64,000 bases of DNA from a virus (Duplodnaviria > Caudoviricetes): positions 128,001-192,000 of the IMG/VR virus record IMGVR_UViG_3300028171_000090; one strand, 5' to 3'. Position numbers and translations under genes: made by a program. How positions within the stretch are numbered: position 1 is the first letter of the stretch; each line of letters opens with the position of its first letter. Shown in pieces: positions 9,840 to 19,594 of the stretch. The notes below the pieces were generated by a model. The model worked only from the letters and a program-made list of their open reading frames with translations, ran no database searches and was not told the DNA's origin.

Positions 9840-10472
9840 CTATTGCTGTAACGTGTGTAATTTAAATTTACCATAATTAGTCTGTAAATAATCTAATAAT
9901 GGGACGTCTTTCCCGTTATATGAAATCATAGTGCTAACTAAAGTATTCACTGTTAAATCCTTATCTTTATACTGCTCAATGGTGATAGACGATACATCGC
10001 CGATAGGTGCTAGGACCTTATTTTTTACAGTATATAACGTATTATTTATTTCAATAAATGCTGAATTCTGTGGTCCATATAATTGTACTTCATTAATGTA
10101 TCCATACCAATTACCTGATGATCCTCCAATCGAGCTAAGTGCGATTTCTACAACTTGACACATGGGTTCATTGGTTATATAGTACGTATTCACGTCACCA
10201 GCAGATTCTGTAGTGTATGCGAGAGTAACTAAATTACTAGCCGTCATCCCACCTTTTATACTAGAGAATCCCATACTAGCACCCTTATATTTCATAGCGG
10301 TAATCTTCTTAGCTACCGGGAATGTTATAGTAAAAGTAGGATATGAAATATTGGTTCGAACAGAAACATCCCAATTCCCATCAAATGCCTCAGGTATGAA
10401 ACCTTTAATTGAAATACCATCCTGGTTTGAAGATTTCATTATAGGTATTAGTGGATTTGATAATTTTGCCAT
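9840..10472 (-). CDS. discoidin-like paralog 6
   Basis: LIPIMK, EAFDG, INEVQLY, FIEIN...KFKLH. Confidence 0.6.
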   Translation of the reverse strand: MAKLSNPLIPIMKSSNQDGISIKGFIPEAFDGNWDVSVRTNISYPTFTITFPVAKKITAMKYKGASMGFSSIKGGMTASNLVTLAYTTESAGDVNTYYITNEPMCQVVEIALSSIGGSSGNWYGYINEVQLYGPQNSAFIEINNTLYTVKNKVLAPIGDVSSITIEQYKDKDLTVNTLVSTMISYNGKDVPLLDYLQTNYGKFKLHTLQQ

Positions 10473-10485
10473 CGTCTTCCCTCCT

Positions 10486-11568
10486 TTAGATGTAACGTTT
10501 TAATCGATCAATGTCTAAATTAATCTTATTCTGTAAACGCATAAGCTCATACTTCTTCGTACGATCACCTTGTGCGTCAGCGTCTTTAATCTTTTCTTCT
10601 ACCATTCTCTTCTCGTTATTGAGTTCGAGTAATAACTTCTCTTTCTCAACATGAGTCATTCTAGAACGAATCGCAAATCCTACCACAATACCAATAGCAG
10701 CCATAGCTGGGTTAATAGCAGCGGCTGTACCTAGTAAAGCAGCTTTACGAATCATACGAGATAGTGATGGAGCGCCTGTCTCATTCTTAATAATATCTTC
10801 ACGTTTATTACCCATGAATTTAGTCTTGATTGCTTGTAAAGAGTTCTCAAACCATTTATCCATCTTACGTTCAGTACGGTTTACAGTGGATTTTGCAATG
10901 GTTGCTTTCTCTTTCATGCTTTCATTTAAGTAATCTTTACCAGGATATAATGCTTCACATTTCGCATATTGCTCAGAGAAGACTTGATACCCTTGCATAA
11001 GAGCCATATCTACAATATCGTTCTCTTGGAAATGTTTTAGAGTAGAACTACCGTCCTCATATTCATGAGCCGTTAAGTCCATCTTAGCATCTTCTAATTT
11101 ATCGATACCTTTCTCTAAATCTTTCTTAATCTTTTCCAACTCTTGACGTTTATTATGGTCGTCAGTCTTGTCGAGTTGTTTTTCTACATTGTGTAATTGC
11201 ATACGATATAGACCAATGTATTTACCAATAAACTTTTGATCTACATTCTTCTGAATAACTCTGTCTGCTAGTAGCGTGAATGCTCCGTATAATGGGTTAA
11301 TTGCCATCGGAATCCCTACAACGACAGAGAGTCTAAGTACCTCACCTACTGAAGGAAGTGTGTCAATAACATCTTCTGGTGGGCGTTGATACAGCTTTGT
11401 AGCAGCATCTTTTAATGGTTTTGGGATAACACCCTTGTTTTCTTTCGTATACTTTTTCATCTCTTTCTTGATAACATCAAAGTCGATGAAATTGATATGG
11501 GAAGAAACGTGCTTTTTAAATAAGCTAGATTCACTTAATAAGTAATCTTCATTGAAATGTAAATTCAT
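10486..11568 (-). CDS. head/ejection protein candidate with internal duplication and hydrophobic segments
   Basis: Start moved to ATG 11568 (SD AAAGGGG; late promoter lies inside the longer ORF); two AINP-centred hydrophobic repeats; LLSE/S and YLNE/S sites. Confidence 0.55.
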   Translation of the reverse strand: MNLHFNEDYLLSESSLFKKHVSSHINFIDFDVIKKEMKKYTKENKGVIPKPLKDAATKLYQRPPEDVIDTLPSVGEVLRLSVVVGIPMAINPLYGAFTLLADRVIQKNVDQKFIGKYIGLYRMQLHNVEKQLDKTDDHNKRQELEKIKKDLEKGIDKLEDAKMDLTAHEYEDGSSTLKHFQENDIVDMALMQGYQVFSEQYAKCEALYPGKDYLNESMKEKATIAKSTVNRTERKMDKWFENSLQAIKTKFMGNKREDIIKNETGAPSLSRMIRKAALLGTAAAINPAMAAIGIVVGFAIRSRMTHVEKEKLLLELNNEKRMVEEKIKDADAQGDRTKKYELMRLQNKINLDIDRLKRYI

Positions 11569-11595
11569 TATAATTTCCCCTTTCTTTCTCGTAGT

Positions 11596-11607
11596 TAACT
11601 TAATGTT
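11596..11607 (-). promoter_or_regulatory. late promoter AACA-N6-TA
   Basis: AACA TTAAGT TA. Confidence 0.6.
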
Positions 11608-11630
11608 TGGCGATAGGGTTCCTATCCGCA

Positions 11631-11642
11631 AACAATGTATTA
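11631..11642 (+). promoter_or_regulatory. late promoter AACA-N6-TA
   Basis: AACA ATGTAT TA upstream of protease gene. Confidence 0.6.
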
Positions 11643-11666
11643 AATATTGCAAAGAGGTGATTTATA

Positions 11667-12482
11667 ATGAGAAGAGACAAGACTGTAGCATACCTAATTA
11701 GTGAAGCTGCTACTGAATCAAAACCAGAAATCTTAAAACCTGTCAACTCTTTAGTTGACAGTGTTCGTATTAACGCGATTCTTCAAGACTTAGATGTATG
11801 GAATCGTAACCAACGAAATTACCCAAAAAAAGTAATGGAACCAGGGTTAAACGATCCTCGTATCGTCGAGCTAGTTAAAAACAAATCATGGGTAGGAGAA
11901 GCGGGTCACCCTATTAACCCTACACCAGTTCGACAAATGTCAATCGACAATACTAATATTAGTCACCGTATAAACAACTGGTGCTTTGATAGAAACATTG
12001 TCAAAGGTGAAGTGGAAACACTTATGACACCGCAAGGTATTTCAATGCGTGATTTAATTCGTCAAGAATTAAATGTAGCATTCAGTTTACGTGCTATGGG
12101 CAAAGTCCAACAGACTTCTCGTGGTGCATTAGTAGTAGGACCAGTTCGCGTTCTATGTTATGACTGGGTATTCATTCCTAGTCATAAAGATGCATATCAA
12201 CAATCTATCATTTCAGAAAGCGTGCAACCAAATATGCTAACTGAAGGATACTGCATTCCATTAATGGAAAGTGCTGCTTTAGATTACATTCAATCTGAGA
12301 GTGAGAACTTCCGTATTATGTCTGAATTCTTCGAATTCGCTCCAGACGGAATTCAACTATTAGAAGGTAACCGTAGTATTATGGTTGAAGATAAATCTAA
12401 AAATGGAGATAAACTAATCATTGGTGTAGAAGATTATATTAGCCAAGAGATTAACGGATTCTTCCGCAGCTTTAAGAATTAA
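11667..12482 (+). CDS. prohead core protease (T4 gp21-like)
   Basis: GEAGHP, FSLRAMG and YDWVFIPSH correspond to gp21 His/Ser/Asp motifs. Confidence 0.88.
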   Translation: MRRDKTVAYLISEAATESKPEILKPVNSLVDSVRINAILQDLDVWNRNQRNYPKKVMEPGLNDPRIVELVKNKSWVGEAGHPINPTPVRQMSIDNTNISHRINNWCFDRNIVKGEVETLMTPQGISMRDLIRQELNVAFSLRAMGKVQQTSRGALVVGPVRVLCYDWVFIPSHKDAYQQSIISESVQPNMLTEGYCIPLMESAALDYIQSESENFRIMSEFFEFAPDGIQLLEGNRSIMVEDKSKNGDKLIIGVEDYISQEINGFFRSFKN

Positions 12483-12494
12483 GGAGGGGTTCAT

Positions 12495-13112
12495 ATGGCA
12501 AGAAGTGTAGCATTTCCAAAATTCAATGGGTCTTACCCTACTAATAATTTTACAGATAACGGTGTGCAAGTTATATGTACAGCATACAGTTCCGATAGAG
12601 GAGTAGGGTTTGCATTTGACGGTAATACTGGTACCACTTGGTATTGTAATTCGTCCGGCACCCATAGTATTACTATAACATGCCCTAAGCCTGCTTATCT
12701 AATTGGGTTTGATATACTTATGGGTCAATATTACGGTAACGGTTACAAGGTTTATTTTGACGGTGTCCAAGCATATTCTCGAACTATTGGAAACAATGGA
12801 AAAGACAATATGTCATTTGCACCTAAACTTGTAACACAAATAAAATTAGAGATTAACCCAACTGGTTTTATAAACGTTGCTGAATTTAAACTATTTAAAC
12901 TAGTTGATACATTAGCCGTTGTTAGAATCAATGATAGTATTTATTCATTTGATGATAGTGGTAAGATGAAATTAGTAACTTCATCGGCAGAAAGTATTTT
13001 ACCTTCACATTTCTTAAATGATGGGTTTAATATCAAAGATATGACACCTGACATGGAAAAACAAATTAAAGACATTGGTGGAAAGTATTCGATTCTAACG
13101 ATGTCTAATTAA
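12495..13112 (+). CDS. discoidin-like paralog 7
   Basis: FPKFNG, FAFDG, VAEFKLF, VVRIN...KYSIL. Confidence 0.65.
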   Translation: MARSVAFPKFNGSYPTNNFTDNGVQVICTAYSSDRGVGFAFDGNTGTTWYCNSSGTHSITITCPKPAYLIGFDILMGQYYGNGYKVYFDGVQAYSRTIGNNGKDNMSFAPKLVTQIKLEINPTGFINVAEFKLFKLVDTLAVVRINDSIYSFDDSGKMKLVTSSAESILPSHFLNDGFNIKDMTPDMEKQIKDIGGKYSILTMSN

Positions 13113-13124
13113 GGAGGTTAGATT

Positions 13125-13757
13125 ATGGCTTTAGGGAAACCTCTAATACCAAAGATGACAGCAGAAACTACAGGTGTCTGTAGGATTACTGCCGATTCGA
13201 TATACAATTCTAGATACCCGTGGCATGTCGGAGATCAAGTTGCAACTGAATACTGGGATTCATATCCATCCAAAGCTCCGACTTTAAAAGTTTATTTTAA
13301 TACAGGATGGTATAACGTTCGTACTATAATTATCACAAGACGGTTTTCAGAAATGAATGATGTGTTACGTTTAACCATTCGTCACCGTACCGATGGTTCA
13401 ACTACAAATGTGGTGTACACGTATAATCTACCTGTCGGGCAAGATATTACTACAATAGAATTACCTAGAACATTAGTTGCCGATACATTTGATTTTAGTT
13501 TTACGACAACTAGAAATGATGTTCAGATTACGTCTATTCAGTTATACGAACCTCTTATGGAGGCTTCTGTTTTAAAAATTAACAATCAGTATTATAAAAT
13601 ACAAGGTACTGAGTTAGTTACAATCAATGACTTCGATGAATCTGTAAATGCATTTCAAACACATGGATTCGAAGTAAAAGCTATTACACCTACAATCATG
13701 ACAGCTGCTAGTAAAATAGGAGATTTTAAAATATTAACTATGAGAGGGGTTGAATAA
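13125..13757 (+). CDS. discoidin-like paralog 8
   Basis: LIPKMT, PWHVGD, ITSIQLY, VLKIN...DFKIL. Confidence 0.6.
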   Translation: MALGKPLIPKMTAETTGVCRITADSIYNSRYPWHVGDQVATEYWDSYPSKAPTLKVYFNTGWYNVRTIIITRRFSEMNDVLRLTIRHRTDGSTTNVVYTYNLPVGQDITTIELPRTLVADTFDFSFTTTRNDVQITSIQLYEPLMEASVLKINNQYYKIQGTELVTINDFDESVNAFQTHGFEVKAITPTIMTAASKIGDFKILTMRGVE

Positions 13758-14463
13758 TATGCAAGGAATGAATCTAACATCTATGCTAAAGTCTATTAAG
13801 CGTAGACTTGGTGTCACAATGTTTAAGCTAGATGATAAAGACTTGATTGATATCTTAAAAGAAGAAACGCTTTATACATTTAGCACATACTTCCCACACT
13901 ATATTACCGTTAAACATGATTTATCGACAATGAAAGTACAAGGGAAACCAAACTATTATTACATTAATAAAGCTGCGGTAGGTAATTTCCAAATCTTATC
14001 TATCGAAGATATGAAAGTTAGTGATGTAATGAGTGCGTACTTACCATATACGACTACATATTCAGCAATTGATATCTTTACAGATATTCAAATGGCTGCT
14101 ACCTATGAGGATATGATTAGTACACCAATTACATTTTACTATGTTCCGCCAGACCAATTTATGATAGATGCTGGTCCTAGTATGTTAACGAACTTGAATG
14201 TACAGTTCACTGTCGTACATCCTGATAATCTATCTACAGTAAATCCAAGCTTTAAAGAGCAACTATTAAAGTTAGCTACTTTGGATATCCAGATATATCT
14301 TTATAATACACTTCGCCATATGGATAAGATTGATACCTCTTTTGGACAAGTTGATTTAAAGATTGATAGATGGGAAGATGCTGAGGATAAACGTTCTGCT
14401 TTATTAGAAGAGTGGGATGCAAACTATCTTGCTTCTCGTAGACGTAAAATCTTCAGAGCATAA
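13750..14463 (+). CDS. neck/head-tail connector candidate (T4 gp13-like)
   Basis: N-terminal IKRRLG...LIDIL...TF pattern recalls gp13; recalled similarity only. Confidence 0.35.
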   Translation: MNNMQGMNLTSMLKSIKRRLGVTMFKLDDKDLIDILKEETLYTFSTYFPHYITVKHDLSTMKVQGKPNYYYINKAAVGNFQILSIEDMKVSDVMSAYLPYTTTYSAIDIFTDIQMAATYEDMISTPITFYYVPPDQFMIDAGPSMLTNLNVQFTVVHPDNLSTVNPSFKEQLLKLATLDIQIYLYNTLRHMDKIDTSFGQVDLKIDRWEDAEDKRSALLEEWDANYLASRRRKIFRA

Positions 14464-14480
14464 AAAAGACAAAAAAAATA

Positions 14481-14506
14481 AGAGATACCCAATTAAGGGT
14501 ATCTCT
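14481..14506. terminator. bidirectional terminator
   Basis: 10-bp stem AGAGATACCC/GGGTATCTCT between convergent genes, A- and T-tracts on either side. Confidence 0.75.
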
Positions 14507-14509
14507 CTT

Positions 14510-15166
14510 TTATTTTCTGCTTGAAATTGTTCCTTCGTAGTTCATTGGGTTTGCACATCCCTTTTTATCTCGGAACGTGATATCCCATTCTACGTCGAAT
14601 ATTTCACAAGCATTATTAAATTTCTCCATACTCATCTTACTATGAGCTAATAGAGAACGTTTAAAGTTATTCATATCAGTATCAGAACGGAAGCGGTTTG
14701 AATAGTTCTTAATATCAACTTTCTTATGCTGTAATACCGTTTTAATGATACGTAATAATTCATTATCTGAATCACTGATTGGTGGAACGAATGCTTCACC
14801 CATTTCAGCTGTTAAAGCAGAATCATACACATCCTTCAATCCTTCTTCCTCAATAATTTGAGAAATATAATCTGGATCAATTTCATACACTTTATCAGGT
14901 CTGTATTGACGTTTCATCTTCTTCCCTACTGGACGGACATAAATGATTTCAGAATCTTCACGTACGTCATCGAAGAAGCTTGTGTAAATGCCTGGTACAA
15001 TTTGATCACGTGAGAGTTCCTCAATATCTCCCATGTATGGTAATACCAGATTCATTTCTTTTACGTGATATGCACAGCCTTCCTCAAGGTCTGTGTATTC
15101 GCCTTTCCATTTTTTCACCTTAAATACATCTTCTCCTAGTGAAATATACTTGGGTTTCTTAGCCAT
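14510..15166 (-). CDS. hypothetical protein
   Basis: 218-aa ORF with GGAGG SD, in operon. Confidence 0.7.
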   Translation of the reverse strand: MAKKPKYISLGEDVFKVKKWKGEYTDLEEGCAYHVKEMNLVLPYMGDIEELSRDQIVPGIYTSFFDDVREDSEIIYVRPVGKKMKRQYRPDKVYEIDPDYISQIIEEEGLKDVYDSALTAEMGEAFVPPISDSDNELLRIIKTVLQHKKVDIKNYSNRFRSDTDMNNFKRSLLAHSKMSMEKFNNACEIFDVEWDITFRDKKGCANPMNYEGTISSRK

Positions 15167-15182
15167 AATAAAAGTCCTCCAA

Positions 15183-15947
15183 TTAAATTGATTTAAAGAA
15201 GCCCTTCAGATTTCCAGCAGGTTCTTCTTTACCTATATTGTTTAGGTTTCCTTTACTTTCTATAAATGAGCTTCTCATACTATTACCGCTCATTCGTTGG
15301 TCTATTTCCATATCTGTATTATATTTGCCTTCTTCAGGAATACCCATATAATTTACAATAGCTAGACCTGCTAGATGTAAATCAAAGTTACTTATAATGT
15401 GATACATGGCTTCCAAAGAATCAATTGTCATATGACCGAATGATTCGGATTTACCTACACACATCATCACCCCCTCATAGCAATCTACATCATGATAGAT
15501 TACCGCCGGTGTAAATCGTATAATCGTTTGACCGATTCGTATTGCTTCTTGCAAGTCTTTGAAGTCTAGACTTACAACCAACTCTTGTTTGGTTTCATCT
15601 GAGTAAGCAAATAGCTTATCAAACTCTGGTTCGTAGAACCATTCTAAAACTCTCTTCAGAGTCTTTGTTAGATAACGGATATGACGATAATCAATTCTCA
15701 CGAATTCTTTATCAGTCCAATCTTTACCCGTTTCTTCTAATGATAGGTATGAATTAAAATTCAACCGTATCGATTTCAGAATTCTAGCGTCCATATATTT
15801 ACTGGAAGCATATGTGAACTCTTGATGATAATGCTGTCTCTCCCCTGATTTGTTCTTATGTGCTAACTGCACATTATGCCGTAAAACAAAATTCATGCAG
15901 GGTCGAAATACATCGCTCGAAACTTTCTCTACTGTTTCATAAGCCAA
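15183..15947 (-). CDS. hypothetical protein (TTG start)
   Basis: An early promoter at 15973-15990 lies inside the track ORF; GAGGAG SD precedes in-frame TTG at 15947. Confidence 0.6.
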   Translation of the reverse strand: MAYETVEKVSSDVFRPCMNFVLRHNVQLAHKNKSGERQHYHQEFTYASSKYMDARILKSIRLNFNSYLSLEETGKDWTDKEFVRIDYRHIRYLTKTLKRVLEWFYEPEFDKLFAYSDETKQELVVSLDFKDLQEAIRIGQTIIRFTPAVIYHDVDCYEGVMMCVGKSESFGHMTIDSLEAMYHIISNFDLHLAGLAIVNYMGIPEEGKYNTDMEIDQRMSGNSMRSSFIESKGNLNNIGKEEPAGNLKGFFKSI

Positions 15948-15972
15948 CCCTCTCAACTCCTCATTGTACCGC

Positions 15973-15990
15973 TCACTAATATAATGTATA
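15973..15990 (-). promoter_or_regulatory. early promoter-like motif
   Basis: TATACATTAT ATTAG TGA. Confidence 0.6.
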
Positions 15991-15991
15991 T

Positions 15992-17455
15992 CTATTTTAC
16001 GTTTACGATTGTGAACTGTTTGGCACGTTTGAGAAGGAACTTCTTCCGAGCCTTGAATTGGTCTCTGCACGATGAGAATCCCATATCAATAATTTCAAGA
16101 TAAGTTACATCCCCAATATTACGTAAACGTCCTGATACCTGTTTTGCGGTAATCTCAGAACGATACGGTTCACACATTACAAGATAGTGTAAACCTGGTA
16201 TATCATCACCTGTACCTAATGATTTAGTCGTAGATAAGATGATTTGTTTTTGTAGCTGAGCTTCCTTCTTTTCCTTCGTTTTCATATCGGACGTATACAT
16301 CCCTATATTCCCTGCGAAGTGAGGATATCGCTGAAGAATACCTTCCTTAACGATACGTGTAGCCGTCAGCTTCTTCAATAAGAATACAATTCTCATGTCA
16401 GGGTTCTCTGCTAACTTCTGTTCTATACTATCTAATACTAAGAAGATAGACTTGAAGAATAGATCAGAACCCTTTTGTTCTACACAGTAGTCCATATACT
16501 TATTTGTATCCAAGCCATGCATGTTTCGATATGTAGCTTGCAACACACCTGATGGAGCACTGTCATACTGTAGAATTAACATATTCATGTAATTATCTTC
16601 TTTCTCTTTATGGACAAAGAAGTTTGGAATATTTGCAAAGACACGATTATAAATATAGTCCTCGTTATGATTCGAGCGACCTGCGGTTGCTGTTAGATAT
16701 AACGTGTACTTTGTATTTGAGTATAAATCCATCTTCAGCATATTGTGCATATGTAAATGAGCTTCGTCATATATCTTTACACCAATTCGCATTTTCTTAA
16801 ATAATGCTGTTACAGCTTCCCATCCATTACGGTCACCATAACTACGAATTGTACTATGCGAGATTAAGAAAATTTTATACTTAATATCTTTATCTTTCAT
16901 CTTCATTAACTTCTCAATAGACTTACTTCCTGAAATACGATAGATATCCCATTCAGTGATATTCGTATACTGGAATAAGCGTTCTTCCCATTGAGACATT
17001 AAGCCATTCTTTGGTACAACAATAGCCGCTCTCATTTGCATGAATCCTAATGCTGTAACCGAGCAATATGTTTTACCCTCTCCTGTATCTAGGGTTAACA
17101 TATGCCTACTATACTTTCTATTACCTTGATATTTTCCTTCACCAAGTATGTATGCAATCGCTTCTTTCTGATTATCATTTCTTGGTTTGATATTAACTTT
17201 AAACTTTGTATGTTGTACATCATCATGTTTTGAATCCATGAATGCTGTTGTATTAAACTCTTTTTCTAAGAAACTAATACCGATACCACGAGGTATCAGC
17301 AACTTTTGTTCTTCTTCAATATACTCAAGACCTACGTTCACGGTCTTGAAGTTTACTTTATCCCATACTGTTAATTGTTTCTCCAAGCTAGGAGACTGCC
17401 CTAACACGTAGGGCTGAATCTCTATGCTTGTATGTTTCACTGTAACTTTAGTCAT
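15992..17455 (-). CDS. SF2 helicase (UvsW-like)
   Basis: TGEGKT, YDEAH, LTAT, QVSGRLR. Confidence 0.88.
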   Translation of the reverse strand: MTKVTVKHTSIEIQPYVLGQSPSLEKQLTVWDKVNFKTVNVGLEYIEEEQKLLIPRGIGISFLEKEFNTTAFMDSKHDDVQHTKFKVNIKPRNDNQKEAIAYILGEGKYQGNRKYSRHMLTLDTGEGKTYCSVTALGFMQMRAAIVVPKNGLMSQWEERLFQYTNITEWDIYRISGSKSIEKLMKMKDKDIKYKIFLISHSTIRSYGDRNGWEAVTALFKKMRIGVKIYDEAHLHMHNMLKMDLYSNTKYTLYLTATAGRSNHNEDYIYNRVFANIPNFFVHKEKEDNYMNMLILQYDSAPSGVLQATYRNMHGLDTNKYMDYCVEQKGSDLFFKSIFLVLDSIEQKLAENPDMRIVFLLKKLTATRIVKEGILQRYPHFAGNIGMYTSDMKTKEKKEAQLQKQIILSTTKSLGTGDDIPGLHYLVMCEPYRSEITAKQVSGRLRNIGDVTYLEIIDMGFSSCRDQFKARKKFLLKRAKQFTIVNVK

Positions 17456-19440
17456 TATCTATCATCTCCATATACGTCAAGTACTTGGTTATAGTCTTGC
17501 ATAAACAGCGGGTCAAACATCGACGGTGCTGTTTTCTTATATGTCATCGGACGACGAAGTTGTTCTTCAATACGTTCGAATGATAACGATACCAGTGCAG
17601 ATGGATGGAACTTCAATGCTTTCTTAACAGACATCATTTCATATTCAATCTCATCTTTCGTATAATCTGGTAGGTGTAACTTATTATTCTCATCACGCAT
17701 AATATTACGCAGGATGAGTTCAGCATGAACTAGCATTGTGCTAATCCCTGTGCTTACAAGTAGTTCACAGAATTTCTGAACCATTTCAGAAACTGTTTCA
17801 CAACCTAAGTGAGCTTTGTTATCTACAAGTGCCATGATATCTTTTAATGGTTTTGTAAGCTCATTATTGATGATTGTGATTGCAAATAGTGAACGCCCTT
17901 CTTCATCATCTTTAATCTTATTCATCGGAATCACGAACTGGTTATCAACTGGATCGTAATGCTTATCCATTAAGTCATCCAGATACTCTGAAATGAATAA
18001 CGTTGGTTCGGATTCCCCAATCTCTCGAATCGTACAGATAGGTTTCTTTGTTTTCTTTACACGAATACGGAAGTATGAAATCTTCTTATTGAATTCCATT
18101 ACTTCATCGAACTCAGATTCTGTCTGTACATCTTTCGCATCAATTACCATTTCTAATCCCTTCACATCTGCATCTGGTTGTAATACGATATCACCGCCAT
18201 CGATTGTGAAGTAGCTATCAAATCCTTCTGTCATTTTAATTTGCTTAGATTTCGTCTTCAGTAAATGTTTTGCTGACAGAATGTTCTGTGTTAGTTTCGC
18301 CGATACATCCTTAACGGCAAATAGTCCAATATGGAATCCATTGTTATTCACATAAGCTAAGTCGCCATAACATGCATAACAGATTCCTTTCTTGCTTGCA
18401 CAAGTAGACGGACTACGTAAATAGATTGTCTGACCGATTAAATGAGTATCTTCAGCAAATACTGTACGAGATACTTTTGCTTTCGGACTCTTCTTATATT
18501 TACGACCTTCAATCTTTTCTAAGTGTGTTGGTGTTAATACCGTGAACTCCACAAAGTGTTTTGTGTTACATACATATCGTGGGTCATCATGTAATTTAAT
18601 ATCCATACATAGTAAGTCTAGACGGCGTGCAAAGTAACCTGATTTACCAGTGAACTCTTTGTTCATGATTAGGGCTTTACGACCGCCGAATGCATCTAAT
18701 GTATAATAAGAAGGTTTATCGAATCCACGCGTTAATAAGTTTGTATTAATTGGCATTGGATATGTATTACCTTCTAAGTCTGATTTCATACCACCCGATA
18801 GTTGGAACTCATTCAATTGGTCAACCTTAACACCCTGACCTGAGTTCAAGAATGGTTTCAAGTTATTCGGAATTACTTTTAAGATGTCTACCATCTCAGC
18901 ACCACGACTACGGATATAGTTCTCAATCTCACTTGGTTGTAATCCATGAGGTACAACTGTATTGATTAACTCTTTGTACCGTGGGCTTATTTTTGATAAT
19001 TGGATTGTATCATATAGATTCATACCCATTGCCATGATAAGACCGAAGTCTTCATCAATCTTTGCAAGACCCTCAATGATTTTCGCACATTCCATGCTTA
19101 GGTCTTCTACTGCAACCTTACGTTTCAATGGTTCAATAATTTTGTCATCAATATACCCTTTAATCACTCGTTGGGTAATGTTAGAACAGTCCATAATTAG
19201 GTCTGGTCCTAGTTCTACTTTGTATTTAACAAAGGGTCTCCACATGATCATATTTGTAATGAAATCAGTGATATGGAGTACAAAGACGTTATCGTCGGCT
19301 TTGTTAAACTTAAATCTAATTTGTTTTTCGAAGCAATGCTTCTTCCCGATATTACGTTTCATGTAATCGTAGCGTTTATCGAATTCTGCTCTCCACGCTT
19401 TTTTACCTGATAAGACTTCTTTAATAATAACAACTGACAT
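17455..19440 (-). CDS. rpoC: RNA polymerase beta' C-terminal half, probably non-virion RNAP
   Basis: Bridge helix GGRKAL...KSGYFARRL, Zn site RSPSTC...CYACYG, trigger-loop-like KLTQNILSAKH; start moved to ATG 19440 (SD GGAGGG). Confidence 0.9.
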   Translation of the reverse strand: MSVVIIKEVLSGKKAWRAEFDKRYDYMKRNIGKKHCFEKQIRFKFNKADDNVFVLHITDFITNMIMWRPFVKYKVELGPDLIMDCSNITQRVIKGYIDDKIIEPLKRKVAVEDLSMECAKIIEGLAKIDEDFGLIMAMGMNLYDTIQLSKISPRYKELINTVVPHGLQPSEIENYIRSRGAEMVDILKVIPNNLKPFLNSGQGVKVDQLNEFQLSGGMKSDLEGNTYPMPINTNLLTRGFDKPSYYTLDAFGGRKALIMNKEFTGKSGYFARRLDLLCMDIKLHDDPRYVCNTKHFVEFTVLTPTHLEKIEGRKYKKSPKAKVSRTVFAEDTHLIGQTIYLRSPSTCASKKGICYACYGDLAYVNNNGFHIGLFAVKDVSAKLTQNILSAKHLLKTKSKQIKMTEGFDSYFTIDGGDIVLQPDADVKGLEMVIDAKDVQTESEFDEVMEFNKKISYFRIRVKKTKKPICTIREIGESEPTLFISEYLDDLMDKHYDPVDNQFVIPMNKIKDDEEGRSLFAITIINNELTKPLKDIMALVDNKAHLGCETVSEMVQKFCELLVSTGISTMLVHAELILRNIMRDENNKLHLPDYTKDEIEYEMMSVKKALKFHPSALVSLSFERIEEQLRRPMTYKKTAPSMFDPLFMQDYNQVLDVYGDDR

Positions 19441-19476
19441 GTTATTAACTCCCTCCAAATATTTAATTTCTATATC

Positions 19477-19494
19477 TCACGTAGATAATGTTTA
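19477..19494 (-). promoter_or_regulatory. early promoter-like motif
   Basis: TAAACATTAT CTACG TGA. Confidence 0.55.
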
Positions 19495-19512
19495 CTTATA
19501 ATCTACATTAAA

Positions 19513-19524
19513 TATTAACATGTT
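19513..19524 (-). promoter_or_regulatory. late promoter AACA-N6-TA
   Basis: AACA TGTTAA TA. Confidence 0.5.
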
Positions 19525-19569
19525 ACTCCTATATTAGATGGCGATTTTTTACTATGAACCCAAAAAAAT

Positions 19570-19589
19570 AAGGGAACCGAAGTTCCCTT
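19570..19589 (-). terminator. intrinsic terminator, UUCG loop
   Basis: AAGGGAAC TTCG GTTCCCTT plus T-tract. Confidence 0.75.
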
Positions 19590-19594
19590 TAATC

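Noticed and set aside
552-13757. Diversity-generating retroelement or invertase system driving the discoidin paralogs
   Set aside because: No reverse transcriptase or recombinase in the window, and no near-identical template/variable repeat pair
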